Shown here: in pieces, positions 33,701 through 43,441 of the stretch
Layout: every line of letters begins with the position of its first letter
How positions within the stretch are numbered: the first letter of the stretch is position 1
Assembly (NCBI GenBank): GCA_963815195.1
Contig: CAWFGE010000013.1
Span: 1,056,001 to 1,120,000, forward strand
Direction of reading: 5' to 3'
Length of the DNA: 64,000 bases
From: an uncultured Planctomycetaceae bacterium
Lineage (GTDB): Bacteria; Planctomycetota; Planctomycetia; Planctomycetales; Planctomycetaceae
Notes under the pieces: generated by a model
The model's database searches: none
Told to the model about the DNA's origin: nothing
Seen by the model: only the letters and a program-made list of their open reading frames with translations
Made by a program: the position numbers and the translations under genes

Positions 33701-34565
33701 GAATTGTTCGTTCCCGCGAGTTCCAACTCGTGAAAAGCCAAATCGGAAACAACACGGCGGCGGGAAACCACGGCCGGAGAAGATCCCCGGCAAACCCCAA
33801 TTCCGTGAGCACATCCTGAAATTCCACGCTGTCCAGCAACCGGTAGGCGACGGCGAACAACGCGGCGAGGGCGATGATTGCGCTAAACGCCGTGAGGTTG
33901 ATCAGCAGCATCCCCAACACCAACCGATTGAAAAACGCCAACGGCCGGTTGAGGGCTTTCCCCGCCTGCGAGAGCCGTTTGAGATCGTCGGTATGGGCCC
34001 CGGATGTTTGGGGAAGAATCGCTAAGTCGGATTGAAGCCGATCTCGCGACGTCCCATTGGCCGGTTTGGGATTGGCCTCCTGGGCCGATCGCTGTTCAGG
34101 CTCTTTATCATTCCGATCGTCATGTCCCTCGGCCGCCGGTTTTCCGTTCGTGGCGGGCCGAGACGCGTTGGGCTCGGCCGTTTTGTGGGAGGGCGCGACC
34201 TCTTCGGTGGAAGGATCAAGCGTGATGGAACCCTCTTCGCAATCGGCAACCGATGAGGAGAGATAACACCCCACGTAACTCCCGCCAGAGACCGTGGAGA
34301 GATAGTCCACCTGCCGCAAGATGCCGTGGCGATACATGGCCTGCAGAAATCCGAGGCCGAAACTCGCCGAGCGAATGCCGCCGCCGGATAAAGCAATCCC
34401 CGCGCGGGGAAATCCCGAATTCTTATCGTCCTCGTGGCTTGGGCCGTTTTCCTCCGTGGCTGTTTTCGATGGGGCCAACTGCTGATCCACCCCCGCCCGA
34501 GACCGCCGGATGCGGATGGCTTGATTCTCTCCCGTAAACACATCACGAAAATTTTTTGCCGCCAT
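30716..34565 (-). CDS. Membrane patatin/cPLA2-like phospholipase (frameshift near 31650-31680)
   Basis: LSGGGIRSA, STVSGG, TDGG, several TM helices; C-terminal FPHDPT.DQFF..FESYR in the second frame. Confidence 0.85.
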
Positions 34566-35296
34566 GTTACCCGCTCACATGCTGCCGGAAAATATTGCCA
34601 GGATGTTCTCTCTATCTAAAAATAAGTTGTCAACTTGAGCCGAAGAAGTGTTCCAGGATTTCCTCACTGTCTTGGTGGAACAAGTCCGCGGAGGAAGTTG
34701 GCCTAAGCGCCGCCGCTCGAAAGGAATCCGAGAACCCAGCGGATTTTCACTATGGTGTTCAGACTACAGGTAACAATCCGAGTTCTCTACAACTTTCTTT
34801 GAAGAATCCGCCAATCTTCATATTCATGACACCTTGTGTCATACCGTTGTCGGTATCTCTACCAATTAGAATACGCAAATCTACCTACGTTTTGTCATCT
34901 TTCTGCTCCATTCACCGTTCCGCAGCTCATGTCGATCAATGCCGCAGCAAAGAGGCCGGCGGTCCGGAAACCCGCATCAAGGCGGAGTCCCCAAAAACTT
35001 GTCCCTCTACCCTAGAGGCGGTTGATTGCGCCACAAGAGGTAAGATTGGCGTAAACCCGAGGGGCGGAAACGATTATGGAGACAGAGGCCGTGACCGATC
35101 TGAAGTCGCGGCGGGCCGCTTTCGGGGGCGAACGCTGGGACTGGTGCCGGGCTCCGTTTAGAATAAACTCGCCATTGATTTCCCCGAAACCGGTGGAGAG
35201 CGGGCGGGCTGTGGGGATCCACGCCCGGACGAATCGCCGAGGGTTTGTTTTTGACTTTCTTACTTGTTGTGGCCTTTCGAGGCCCGCGTCGTGGTG

Positions 35297-36019
35297 ATGT
35301 TGGCAAAGAATCCCAAACTCGATGAACTCCCGCTGCCCAATCCGGTCAAGCGAAATTGGTATTGGCTGACGTGCCAGTCCGTTTTGCGGTTTGTGTTTCC
35401 CGTCTTGGTGCGGTTCCGCGTGCGGGGGCTTGAGCATGTTTCCAAAACGGGCGGCGGATTGTTGTTGATCAATCATCAAAGCTCGCTCGATCCCTTGCTC
35501 GCGGGCCTGGCGATTGACCGGCCGATCAGCTTTGTGGCCCGCGAGACGTTGTTTCGGTTGCCCGTTGTGGGATGGCTGCTGCGGCATACCTATGTCATGC
35601 CGATCAATCGCGAGTCTGCCAGCTCCCGGCTGATGAAGGCGATGATTCGCCGGCTGGAGCACGGGTTTCTGGTGGGCCTGTTTCCCGAGGGCACGCGGAG
35701 CGAAGACGGCCGCATGGGAGAGATCAAGCCGGGCTTCATCGCGATGATCCGCCGCTGCGAGGTGCCGATCTATCCCGTGGGGATTGCCGGCTCAAGCGAG
35801 GCGATGCCCCGCGGGGTTTTGCTCCCGCGGTTTCGCCGGGTCCGCGTGGTGTATGGGGAGCCGATTTCGCCGGTGGAGCTTCGCCCCTACCTGGAGCACG
35901 GTCGCGAGGACGAACTCGTCGCGTTGGTCCGGGAACGCATCCTCGCCTGCCAAAAGGCCGCGGAAAGGTGGCGGCAGGAAAGCCAATGGAAGACGGGTGG
36001 GGAAAGGTCCTGTTCCTGA
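35297..36019 (+). CDS. plsC: Lysophospholipid acyltransferase (PlsC family)
   Basis: NHQSSLD and FPEGTRS. Confidence 0.9.
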   Translation: MLAKNPKLDELPLPNPVKRNWYWLTCQSVLRFVFPVLVRFRVRGLEHVSKTGGGLLLINHQSSLDPLLAGLAIDRPISFVARETLFRLPVVGWLLRHTYVMPINRESASSRLMKAMIRRLEHGFLVGLFPEGTRSEDGRMGEIKPGFIAMIRRCEVPIYPVGIAGSSEAMPRGVLLPRFRRVRVVYGEPISPVELRPYLEHGREDELVALVRERILACQKAAERWRQESQWKTGGERSCS

Positions 36020-36174
36020 TTGAAACGGCGGAACGCCGGGATTCCCGATTCTCCAATTCCCCCAGGTTATTTCGGCTACCAAAATCGTCTTGTTGACTTG
36101 GGCGGAATTGTTATCTTCCGCACACTGTCCGTAGCGGCGGCTTCCAGCCGCCGAGATCGATCGACGGCGGCAAA

Positions 36175-36981
36175 ATGCCGCTGCACCGTTTGGCCGCGGC
36201 TTCGCCGCATGAGGAACTCCGCATGGGACTGAGCCTGCCCCTCGCCCCGGCTTTGGAATGGAACCCGTTCACGGAGGTTTTGCGGAAACTGTACGCGGAG
36301 CAGCTCGCGGAATCGGGGGACGATCCCTATCTCCGCCAGCACTCCGACCAGAACTTCATCGCCGGGCAGGTGCGGGTGTTTCAGTGGTATCGGCCGTTTT
36401 TGCCGCACGCGGGACGCCTGCTCGATTGGGGGTGCCGGCATGCCCCGGATTCCTGCCTGATCCGCACCGACCTGGAGTCCCAGTTTCAGCAGCACGCCTG
36501 CGATCTGCCGCCGGCGGGTCAATACGGCGTCTTCCACCGCTACGCCGGCGTGGAATATCGTCAACTCAGCGATGCCGTCCGGCTGCCTTATGAGGACGGG
36601 CAGTTCAACGCGGTGATCGCCTCCGGCGTCCTGGAGCACGTGGCGATGGATTACGAATCGCTCAAGGAACTCTACCGCGTGATGCAAGTCGGCGGCCGGT
36701 TGGTGCTGGCTTACCTTCCCAACCGCTTGAGCCTGGGCGAATGGCGAATGCGTCGCACTGGGCAATTGGCCCACCGCCGATTGTACAGCCCGCGGCTGAT
36801 CCGCGAACTCTTGTTGCGAACCGGCTTTTATCCCAAGTCGGTCGGGTATCAAACCAAGTTCGACCAACTCCCGCCCACCACGCCGGCGGTCCGCCGCTTG
36901 AAGCCGGCCGTCAAACTGCTCCAAGCCCACCGCGCGGCCTCGTGCTTGTGCATCATCGCCACGAAAGTCGATTGCATGTAA
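36175..36981 (+). CDS. Class I SAM methyltransferase
   Basis: LLDWGC, LPYEDGQF..GVLEHV. Confidence 0.8.
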   Translation: MPLHRLAAASPHEELRMGLSLPLAPALEWNPFTEVLRKLYAEQLAESGDDPYLRQHSDQNFIAGQVRVFQWYRPFLPHAGRLLDWGCRHAPDSCLIRTDLESQFQQHACDLPPAGQYGVFHRYAGVEYRQLSDAVRLPYEDGQFNAVIASGVLEHVAMDYESLKELYRVMQVGGRLVLAYLPNRLSLGEWRMRRTGQLAHRRLYSPRLIRELLLRTGFYPKSVGYQTKFDQLPPTTPAVRRLKPAVKLLQAHRAASCLCIIATKVDCM

Positions 36982-36995
36982 GCCGACCGTTAACA

Positions 36996-37379
36996 TCACG
37001 CGGGGCTGAAAGTCTGACGGATGTAGTCGTCGACGTCCGCCTGGGAGCCAAATTTCATCGCATCCTTTCTGCTTCCCGACCACATGCTCCCCGTCCAGAA
37101 TTCGACCACTTCATGAACCGCGCCGATCCCCACCGGTTCTATGTCGCGGCCGACGACCATCCATTGATCCCCGGACGCTTCGGCTTCCGGCACCAACGGA
37201 CCCAGGTGATCGTCAATCCGGCGTTGGACTTCCGCGATGGAGTTTCCGGAAACTTCGTAGGTCCCGCCGCTGGTTTGAACACTCGCACTCCAATAGGGGT
37301 GTTGTGGAATACTTCCGAATGTGGATTTTGTCGACTTCGTGATTTGCACCGCGCGATAGGGAAAGGTCTCATCGCTCAT
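36996..37379 (-). CDS. Hypothetical protein
   Basis: ATG with GAGGAG RBS; 127 aa. Confidence 0.55.
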   Translation of the reverse strand: MSDETFPYRAVQITKSTKSTFGSIPQHPYWSASVQTSGGTYEVSGNSIAEVQRRIDDHLGPLVPEAEASGDQWMVVGRDIEPVGIGAVHEVVEFWTGSMWSGSRKDAMKFGSQADVDDYIRQTFSPA

Positions 37380-37534
37380 TTGGAAAATCTCCTCGCAAGT
37401 GCCACGGAAGAAAAGGGCGGGGGCAGTCGATCCACCCCGATCTTTACAATCAGAATACGCGTTCTGCCGCGCAGCGAACATCGGGAAAACCTTGGCAATC
37501 CGCTGCTGAATCGCACGGGCACTCAATCGCGAGA

Positions 37535-37548
37535 CTCCGCATCCAGCG
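37535..37548 (+). other. Left att core
   Basis: Exact match to 52878-52891. Confidence 0.8.
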
Positions 37549-37716
37549 ACCGAATCGCCTAACCAGAAACAAGATAAGGGCTTAGGCGATGATGCCTCTC
37601 CGACTGTCGCGCCCACTGCAGCGCGAGACCCCGATTTTGCACGTTTGGCGGCGGCGTGGCCGGGGCTTCCTGAGGCGGTGAAGCGGCGAATCCTGGCCCT
37701 GGTTGACGGGGCTTGA
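37549..37716 (+). other. Start-less 55-codon ORF, the predicted integrase C-terminus in the excised form
   Basis: TESPNQ...DPDFARLAAAWPGLPEAVKRRILALVDGA*; in frame with the integrase across the att core; in-frame stop upstream at 37507. Confidence 0.7.
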
Positions 37717-37779
37717 GATCCTGTCCAAAATTTCGGAAATCTGGTCGATTCTCAACACATCACACAGGAAAGGTAGAGA

Positions 37780-38091
37780 ATGACAGGAATTTCCGATGAG
37801 CAACTCGCCGAAGCACTGGACCTGCGGGCCGACCGTTCGGTCAAGATGCGGTTGTGGCAGTATTTCACCATCCTTTTTTCAATCGTCGCCGGGGCTATAA
37901 CCCTGGGGATTCTCTACGGCACAATGTGCGCCGCGCAGAACGAACAAGCCGCCGCGATGAAGAACATGCAGGAGAAATTCGAGCGGACCCTGGAAAAGCT
38001 CGATGACCTCGATAAGCGGGTGTTGGCCGTGGAAATCCAGATGAAACTTCGGGTTGCGATCCGAACCTACGGATCTCCCGTTTCCGAATGA
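37780..38091 (+). CDS. Small single-TM coiled-coil protein
   Basis: AGGAAAGG RBS, one TM segment, heptad-rich tail. Confidence 0.6.
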   Translation: MTGISDEQLAEALDLRADRSVKMRLWQYFTILFSIVAGAITLGILYGTMCAAQNEQAAAMKNMQEKFERTLEKLDDLDKRVLAVEIQMKLRVAIRTYGSPVSE

Positions 38092-38106
38092 CGAAAGGAT
38101 AACGAG

Positions 38107-38208
38107 ATGCCATCCGAAACCCGCCTGTGGCAATGCCCCGGCTGCGCCAAGACCTATCGCATTCCGTTGGCTCTTCGGGATGGGTTGAGGGAAGCCGTTG
38201 AGGATTGA
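38107..38208 (+). CDS. Tiny CxxC ORF (MPSETRLWQCPGCAKTYRIP...)
   Basis: AAAGGA RBS; half a Zn-ribbon motif; 33 aa. Confidence 0.3.
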   Translation: MPSETRLWQCPGCAKTYRIPLALRDGLREAVED

Positions 38209-38210
38209 CC

Positions 38211-41200
38211 TCAACGGAAGCCCCGGCGGTTCAATTCCTGTTCGAGCGAATCGGCGAATTGCCGGGCCATTTCAGGCGTCGGCGGAAATGCGGAATTCAT
38301 GTGCACGTTGATCGGTGCCTTGCCGTGCCCCGCGTCGGCGCGCCCGCTCAAGCCGGGATCGTACAGCACGCCGGAGAGCGAATTGACTCCGAGCACCGGC
38401 GGGGCCACTGGCGTCAAAAGCTGCCGAAGCTGCGCGACCATTTGCCCGATCTGGTTTTCGATTCCGATTCTCCGCCGGGCGGTATCGACGACGCTCAAGT
38501 CTTGTTGCAAGAGCGCGATATTGCTGCGAATCGTGCCGATGAGTCCTTCCTTGCTGGCGAGAAAACTTGTGATCCGAGACCACGCTTGCCCGGCTTGCTG
38601 CGGGCTGATATTGGACGCCGCCTGGGCGACTCGCTGGCCCACTTTCTGCATGTTGGTCCCGAAGTTCGTCATGTTTTGCTTCAGGCCCTGGAAGCCTTGG
38701 CCAATCGCCGGAATTAGGCCATTCAGCCGAGCGAACTTCTGCCACGCGGTTTCGACCTGTTGCGAGAATTGCGACATCCGGAACGCCGCCAGTTTGTCTT
38801 GAACTGCCTTTTGGATGTCGAGTCCCGCCCCCTTGAAATCGCCTTTCAAGAGTGCTTCGCGTTGCTCCTGCTTTTTCTTTTCGGCCGCGGCTGCTACGGC
38901 TTCATTCGTCGCCTGAGTCAAAGCCTGCATCTCGTTGGAAAACTGCCCGATGGAGAGCGAACCATTTTTTAATTGTTCATGCAGTGCCAACGCTTGCCCG
39001 GAAAAGCCATTGAGCGATTCCTTGCTGAGCTTTCCGGCTTCATCAAGATCGAAAATCTTCTGTGCGAAATCGTGGAGAACCGGCTGACCCTGTTCAATGG
39101 ATTGTTTGAGGGTGTCGGCATCGTTGACCATCTTCGCCAGCGATTGGGCGAGCGCATCGAGTGCCTGAGAGTTCCCTTGGTTCTGACCGAAGATGTTCGC
39201 TGCGCCTGAAGCCATTCCCGGAGTGACGCCCTTTTGCAAGCCGAGCATTTGTTGCACCTGCACTGGAGTGATTCCCTCCATTCCAAAGATGCTCCTGAAG
39301 TTTGACGAACCCGGCGTTTGCCGATTCATCGCGGAAAGTTGCGCATCCCGCATGGCCTGTTGAATGCCGGCTTGATTCGCTCGCTGTGCTTCCGTGGGAG
39401 AAGGATTCGCGAATCTTGGATTTGCTCCAGGCGCTTGCCGGCCCGCCTGGTTGGGCGCGGCGTTGCCAATTGGACCCCTTGTGATCGGTATTGTTTCATC
39501 CACAATTGATGCCGCGTTAGTCGTTGCTTTCGCAGGCGTCCCTGCTCCGCGGCCCAACATGAATTGGCGAAAAGAAAAAGGCGACCCTTCGCCGAATCGG
39601 AAACCTCTGGAGATGCCAGAACCAGTGGTTTCGCCTTTCAGTTTCCAACCGGCAAGCAAACCGGAACCCGTCTTGCCGCTTTCCGTTGCTGTTGCTGTTG
39701 CTGTTGCTGCCGATTTGCCTCCACCCAATCCAAGCAATCCGAGCGGTCCAGATAACCCTTTCATAGCCGAACCTGCGCCGCCAATTGATTTCCCCATGTC
39801 CCCAAAAATGGCGTTGAGAGCCGTTGCACTTTCCTTCAATTGGCCAGCAAACAACTCAACGAGAGGTTTTGCGACTTCCAGCAATAGCCTAATTTCAACG
39901 GATAGATTTGCAATGCTCACTTTCAACAGATCCGAAATCAGCGGAGCCAATTCCTTTACCGCCGGCCCCAGTTCGTCGCGGATTAAGACGGCGAGTTCAA
40001 CGAGCGTCGGCCTGATTTGCTGCCAGGCATCGAGTACCGCAGCCGCAATTTGTTCCCATGCGGATTTTGCGGACTGAAACAGATCGCCGAAAATATCGCT
40101 GTTGGCTTCGATCCACGCTTTCACCTGATCGAAATGGGCGATGAGTAATCCGACGGCGACGATCACCGCGCCGATTCCTGTGGAAATCATGGCGGCACGA
40201 AGGCTTCCGAATGCAATCGGTAGAGTGCTTCCAATGGCTGTGGCGAGACGAATCACGACATCGATCAAACCGAAAAACCCGAATACTTTGAGAGTCACAA
40301 GGGCATTCAAGATTTGCGGATGCTGTGCGACGAAATTCATTGCCTGCCCTAAAAATCTTGCGAAACCACCGGCGAGTCTCAACAGAGTCGGAACGACTTC
40401 ACTGGCCGCAATTGCCAATCGACCGAACACGTCGATTGCCCCGCTGACGGCAGACTCAAGGCCCCCAATAAACACGTCTGGGGTGATGCCCGAGAATGAC
40501 CGCGAAAGCCGCATGACTAACGCCCCGATCTGGTTTGCGATGCGATCGACGGCGACTTGAAACCGCGGGCCGCTCATCGCATCCACGACACCAGAAAACG
40601 CCTCCGTGATGCGGTGGAAAGCCGGCAACATGACCTTTCCCGCAGCCTGGGTCAAAGCGTCTTTGATGTTGCTCAACAGACCCGTGAACTTGTGGGACAG
40701 CTTTTCCATCTGGCCGCCGAAACGGTCGGTCAATCCTTCAAGAATGGCCGGAACCGCTATGCTCGCGGAGATTGCCCCATTTTCCGCTTGTTTCATGGCC
40801 GTCGGGATGTCGGTGCCGATTTTCTTCGCCAAGATTTCCCAGGCCGGGATCCCCGCTTCGGCAAGCTGGTTCATTTCCTGGGCGCTGACTTTTCCCTTCG
40901 CTTTGATCTGCCCGAGGGCCAACGTGATGCGGTCCAGTAGTTCCGGCGAGCCACCCAGACCGGCGGCGGCGTCCCCGACTGCGGTCAACATCGGAAGGAT
41001 TTGTTCCGCGGCGAAGCCGAACGCCAAAAGCTTTTGAGCCGATTTAACAAGCCCCGGCATTTCAAACGGAGTCTTGATGGCGAATGCCTTCAATTCTTCC
41101 ATGAATTTTTTGGCTTTTTCGGCGCTGCCGAGCATCGTCGAAAATGCGACTTCGGCATTCTCTGACATCGCGTCGAAGCTAATCCCGATCTTGGCGACCG

Positions 41201-41393
41201 AGCCGGCGATACCGAGCGCCACCCCGCCGACGACGGTCGTAATCCGCGTGGCTGCCCGGTCGATGGCTTTCGCGGCATCCGCCCATTTTTTCGCCAAGTC
41301 TTGCGTGGCGATGGCGGCTTTTTGCATGTTGCGGGCGAAGCCGCTCATATCGGTTTGCACGATGCCGCGAAGCATGTGGAGAACTGTCGTCAT
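38211..41393 (-). CDS. Phage tail tape-measure protein
   Basis: FSTMLGS..A..FAIKTPFE, ALGQIKAKGKVSAQEMNQLAEAGIPAW; Ala/Gly-rich helical, TM-like middle, W/F-spaced repeats. Confidence 0.88.
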   Translation of the reverse strand: MTTVLHMLRGIVQTDMSGFARNMQKAAIATQDLAKKWADAAKAIDRAATRITTVVGGVALGIAGSVAKIGISFDAMSENAEVAFSTMLGSAEKAKKFMEELKAFAIKTPFEMPGLVKSAQKLLAFGFAAEQILPMLTAVGDAAAGLGGSPELLDRITLALGQIKAKGKVSAQEMNQLAEAGIPAWEILAKKIGTDIPTAMKQAENGAISASIAVPAILEGLTDRFGGQMEKLSHKFTGLLSNIKDALTQAAGKVMLPAFHRITEAFSGVVDAMSGPRFQVAVDRIANQIGALVMRLSRSFSGITPDVFIGGLESAVSGAIDVFGRLAIAASEVVPTLLRLAGGFARFLGQAMNFVAQHPQILNALVTLKVFGFFGLIDVVIRLATAIGSTLPIAFGSLRAAMISTGIGAVIVAVGLLIAHFDQVKAWIEANSDIFGDLFQSAKSAWEQIAAAVLDAWQQIRPTLVELAVLIRDELGPAVKELAPLISDLLKVSIANLSVEIRLLLEVAKPLVELFAGQLKESATALNAIFGDMGKSIGGAGSAMKGLSGPLGLLGLGGGKSAATATATATESGKTGSGLLAGWKLKGETTGSGISRGFRFGEGSPFSFRQFMLGRGAGTPAKATTNAASIVDETIPITRGPIGNAAPNQAGRQAPGANPRFANPSPTEAQRANQAGIQQAMRDAQLSAMNRQTPGSSNFRSIFGMEGITPVQVQQMLGLQKGVTPGMASGAANIFGQNQGNSQALDALAQSLAKMVNDADTLKQSIEQGQPVLHDFAQKIFDLDEAGKLSKESLNGFSGQALALHEQLKNGSLSIGQFSNEMQALTQATNEAVAAAAEKKKQEQREALLKGDFKGAGLDIQKAVQDKLAAFRMSQFSQQVETAWQKFARLNGLIPAIGQGFQGLKQNMTNFGTNMQKVGQRVAQAASNISPQQAGQAWSRITSFLASKEGLIGTIRSNIALLQQDLSVVDTARRRIGIENQIGQMVAQLRQLLTPVAPPVLGVNSLSGVLYDPGLSGRADAGHGKAPINVHMNSAFPPTPEMARQFADSLEQELNRRGFR

Positions 41394-41405
41394 AGCAAAA
41401 CTCCG

Positions 41406-41762
41406 TCAGTTGGTTTGGGCAGCGGCGGCGAGGGACTCTTGTCGCGTGGGCAACTCAGTAAGCAAGAAAGCGGCGTTAGACGCCCCGGGCAGCGTGCCGA
41501 TGCGATGCCATGCCTGGGGCAATCCTGTGACCCATATCAAAACATCAGGCAGAGTCACAACGCCTCCGCCGATGCCGCTTCTCCACAACTCGCATCGGGC
41601 GAACGTCTCATCGATGGTGCCACCATGCAGCAAGCGCTGAGCGGCGAACAAAGCGGCGAGCGGATTGCTGTCGGTGTTTTCGAGGACGATATTGATGAAG
41701 CCGGCAAGAAAACTCTCGCCGATTTCTTCGGGGGGGATCCGGACCTTGGAGTCGGTGGGCAT
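41406..41762 (-). CDS. Hypothetical protein upstream of the TMP (tail-chaperone position)
   Basis: Co-oriented, 12 bp before the TMP start; assignment is positional only. Confidence 0.5.
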   Translation of the reverse strand: MPTDSKVRIPPEEIGESFLAGFINIVLENTDSNPLAALFAAQRLLHGGTIDETFARCELWRSGIGGGVVTLPDVLIWVTGLPQAWHRIGTLPGASNAAFLLTELPTRQESLAAAAQTN

Positions 41763-42057
41763 GGTCTTGGCCTCTTTCGCTGGCCCAAGTGGAAAGAAAA
41801 ACGCGGCGGTGGCTGGTGGGCCAAATGACCAGCGATCTCCGTCGAGACCCGCCGCGTGTGAGGGGCAGACGATACCGCGGATCGGGTTGCTGGCAACGGG
41901 AAAACTGCCAGAAAGCCGACTCAGGGAACCGCTTGAATTTCAGCGGCGGACGGGTAAAAATAGGGGTACGCGGCTAGGGATGTGCACCCCCGAATACCGG
42001 CTTTCCTGAACCGGCCGCCGCGCTCCTCTTTTCAGGATTCGTACAGGAGCGAAGCGA

Positions 42058-42774
42058 ATGGATCACGCCACAACGCCAGCCGAATTGATTGCCAGAGCCG
42101 CACAGGACGCAGAGAAACAGGCTGAGCAGCAAGAAATCGAGGCTGCTAAACAATCGCGACGGGAACGGTTTCGTTCAGCGTGGGATGACGTGAGATATTT
42201 CACACAGGACATGGCCGGACATATCTCGCGAGAGCAATTTTATGAGGCCTGGGGGGATCGGATCATCTCGTTGGGGTCGGTACTGAAGGAACTCGGTTGG
42301 GACCGGCACTTGGATTCGATAGGCGATGGCTCCGATTCGCTCAAATATGCCATAGAGATTTTTCGGTCTGCTATCCGAGGCGACGAAGCGAACGTTGCCA
42401 AGCTGATCTTGGATGCTGCTGAAGTGGAAGGGTTTTGTGGTGCAGTCAATGAAGCCCTTCGCACCTCGATCATGCAACGGGTGTGGGAAGCCCAATGGCC
42501 CGCACAAATCAGGGAAGTGCACACCGAATCGGTCTTTGACTGGCCGGAAGCAGTGGCAACCGAAAACAAGAAAAAGCAAACGGTTGTTGAGCGAATGGCG
42601 GCGATTTACAAAAACGATAGGCGTTGTGTGGATTGGACCGCCGAGGAATGGGCGAAACTCCTCAATTGCTCTGTATCAGCGATCAAGAAGCCCGGGAATT
42701 ATGTGTGGAAAGCGATAAAAAAAGATCGTCAGGCCCGAATGGATGCTTTGAAAAAAGGCGGTTACTTAGGGTGA
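42058..42774 (+). CDS. Hypothetical regulator with C-terminal HTH-like segment
   Basis: AGGAG RBS; WTAEEWAKLLNCSVSAIK. Confidence 0.65.
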   Translation: MDHATTPAELIARAAQDAEKQAEQQEIEAAKQSRRERFRSAWDDVRYFTQDMAGHISREQFYEAWGDRIISLGSVLKELGWDRHLDSIGDGSDSLKYAIEIFRSAIRGDEANVAKLILDAAEVEGFCGAVNEALRTSIMQRVWEAQWPAQIREVHTESVFDWPEAVATENKKKQTVVERMAAIYKNDRRCVDWTAEEWAKLLNCSVSAIKKPGNYVWKAIKKDRQARMDALKKGGYLG

Positions 42775-42812
42775 CCGAGTAACCAAGAAAAAAATCTGAG
42801 AAATCAACCGAG

Positions 42813-42847
42813 GCGGTTTCCCTAGTGGGAAACCGCTTTTTTTGTTT
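42813..42847 (+). terminator. Intrinsic terminator
   Basis: GCGGTTTCCC-TAGT-GGGAAACCGC followed by T7. Confidence 0.65.
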
Positions 42848-42920
42848 TGAAGGGGTAACCGAGCGGGTGACCGTGCCGCGGATGGGTAGAGGCGTCAAAT
42901 TGGTGATTGGAGAACCCATC

Positions 42921-43115
42921 ATGCCGAAAAAAACGGAACCGGCGGATTGCGCTACTGTGTGGTTTGCGATCCTGGAGCGAGCAAAAAATCTAAGGGATTT
43001 CGAGCGGGCCGCCGAAGCCCAGCGAGAACTGCGTCGTCTTGGAGTACATGTGACTTTTGATCCTGAGGGGGAAAAGCATGCCAAGCGACGTAAGCCCGGC
43101 TCTCCCGGTCTCTGA
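42921..43115 (+). CDS. Small hypothetical protein
   Basis: GGAG RBS; WFAILERA..DFERAAEAQRELRRLGV. Confidence 0.6.
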   Translation: MPKKTEPADCATVWFAILERAKNLRDFERAAEAQRELRRLGVHVTFDPEGEKHAKRRKPGSPGL

Positions 43116-43338
43116 TCGGCTGCTGGTCGATTCGCACGGCGTCGCCGATCTGCTCTCGATTTCGGAACGACATGTCCGGCAACGGGATGCGGCCGGCAAT
43201 CTCCCCAAGCCCGTGCGGTTGGGGGGATCGGTCCGCTGGAGTGTCCCCGAACTTCGGGCATGGGTGGCTGCCGGCTGCCCGAATCGCGAGACATGGGACG
43301 TCATTCGGAGCGAAGAATTCCCCCGCAAACCGCGGTGA
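43078..43338 (+). CDS. AlpA/excisionase-like HTH protein
   Basis: VADLLSISERHV..G.LPKPVRLGGSVRW...L.AW. Confidence 0.85.
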   Translation: MPSDVSPALPVSDRLLVDSHGVADLLSISERHVRQRDAAGNLPKPVRLGGSVRWSVPELRAWVAAGCPNRETWDVIRSEEFPRKPR

Positions 43339-43441
43339 AAATCGGGACCGTTGGGGACGGTCAGGATATAGAAAAACCCCACCGGCCGGGGCGGGCTGGC
43401 GGGGTAATCGTGCTCGGCTTGAGCACATCGGAAAGGTCAAC

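Noticed and set aside
34556..35161. 201-aa ORF upstream of the patatin gene
   Set aside because: No motifs or RBS and atypical composition; more likely a regulatory region
41406..41762. Programmed -1 frameshift of a G/GT tail chaperone
   Set aside because: No convincing slippery heptamer, and only 12 bp separate the ORF from the TMP start
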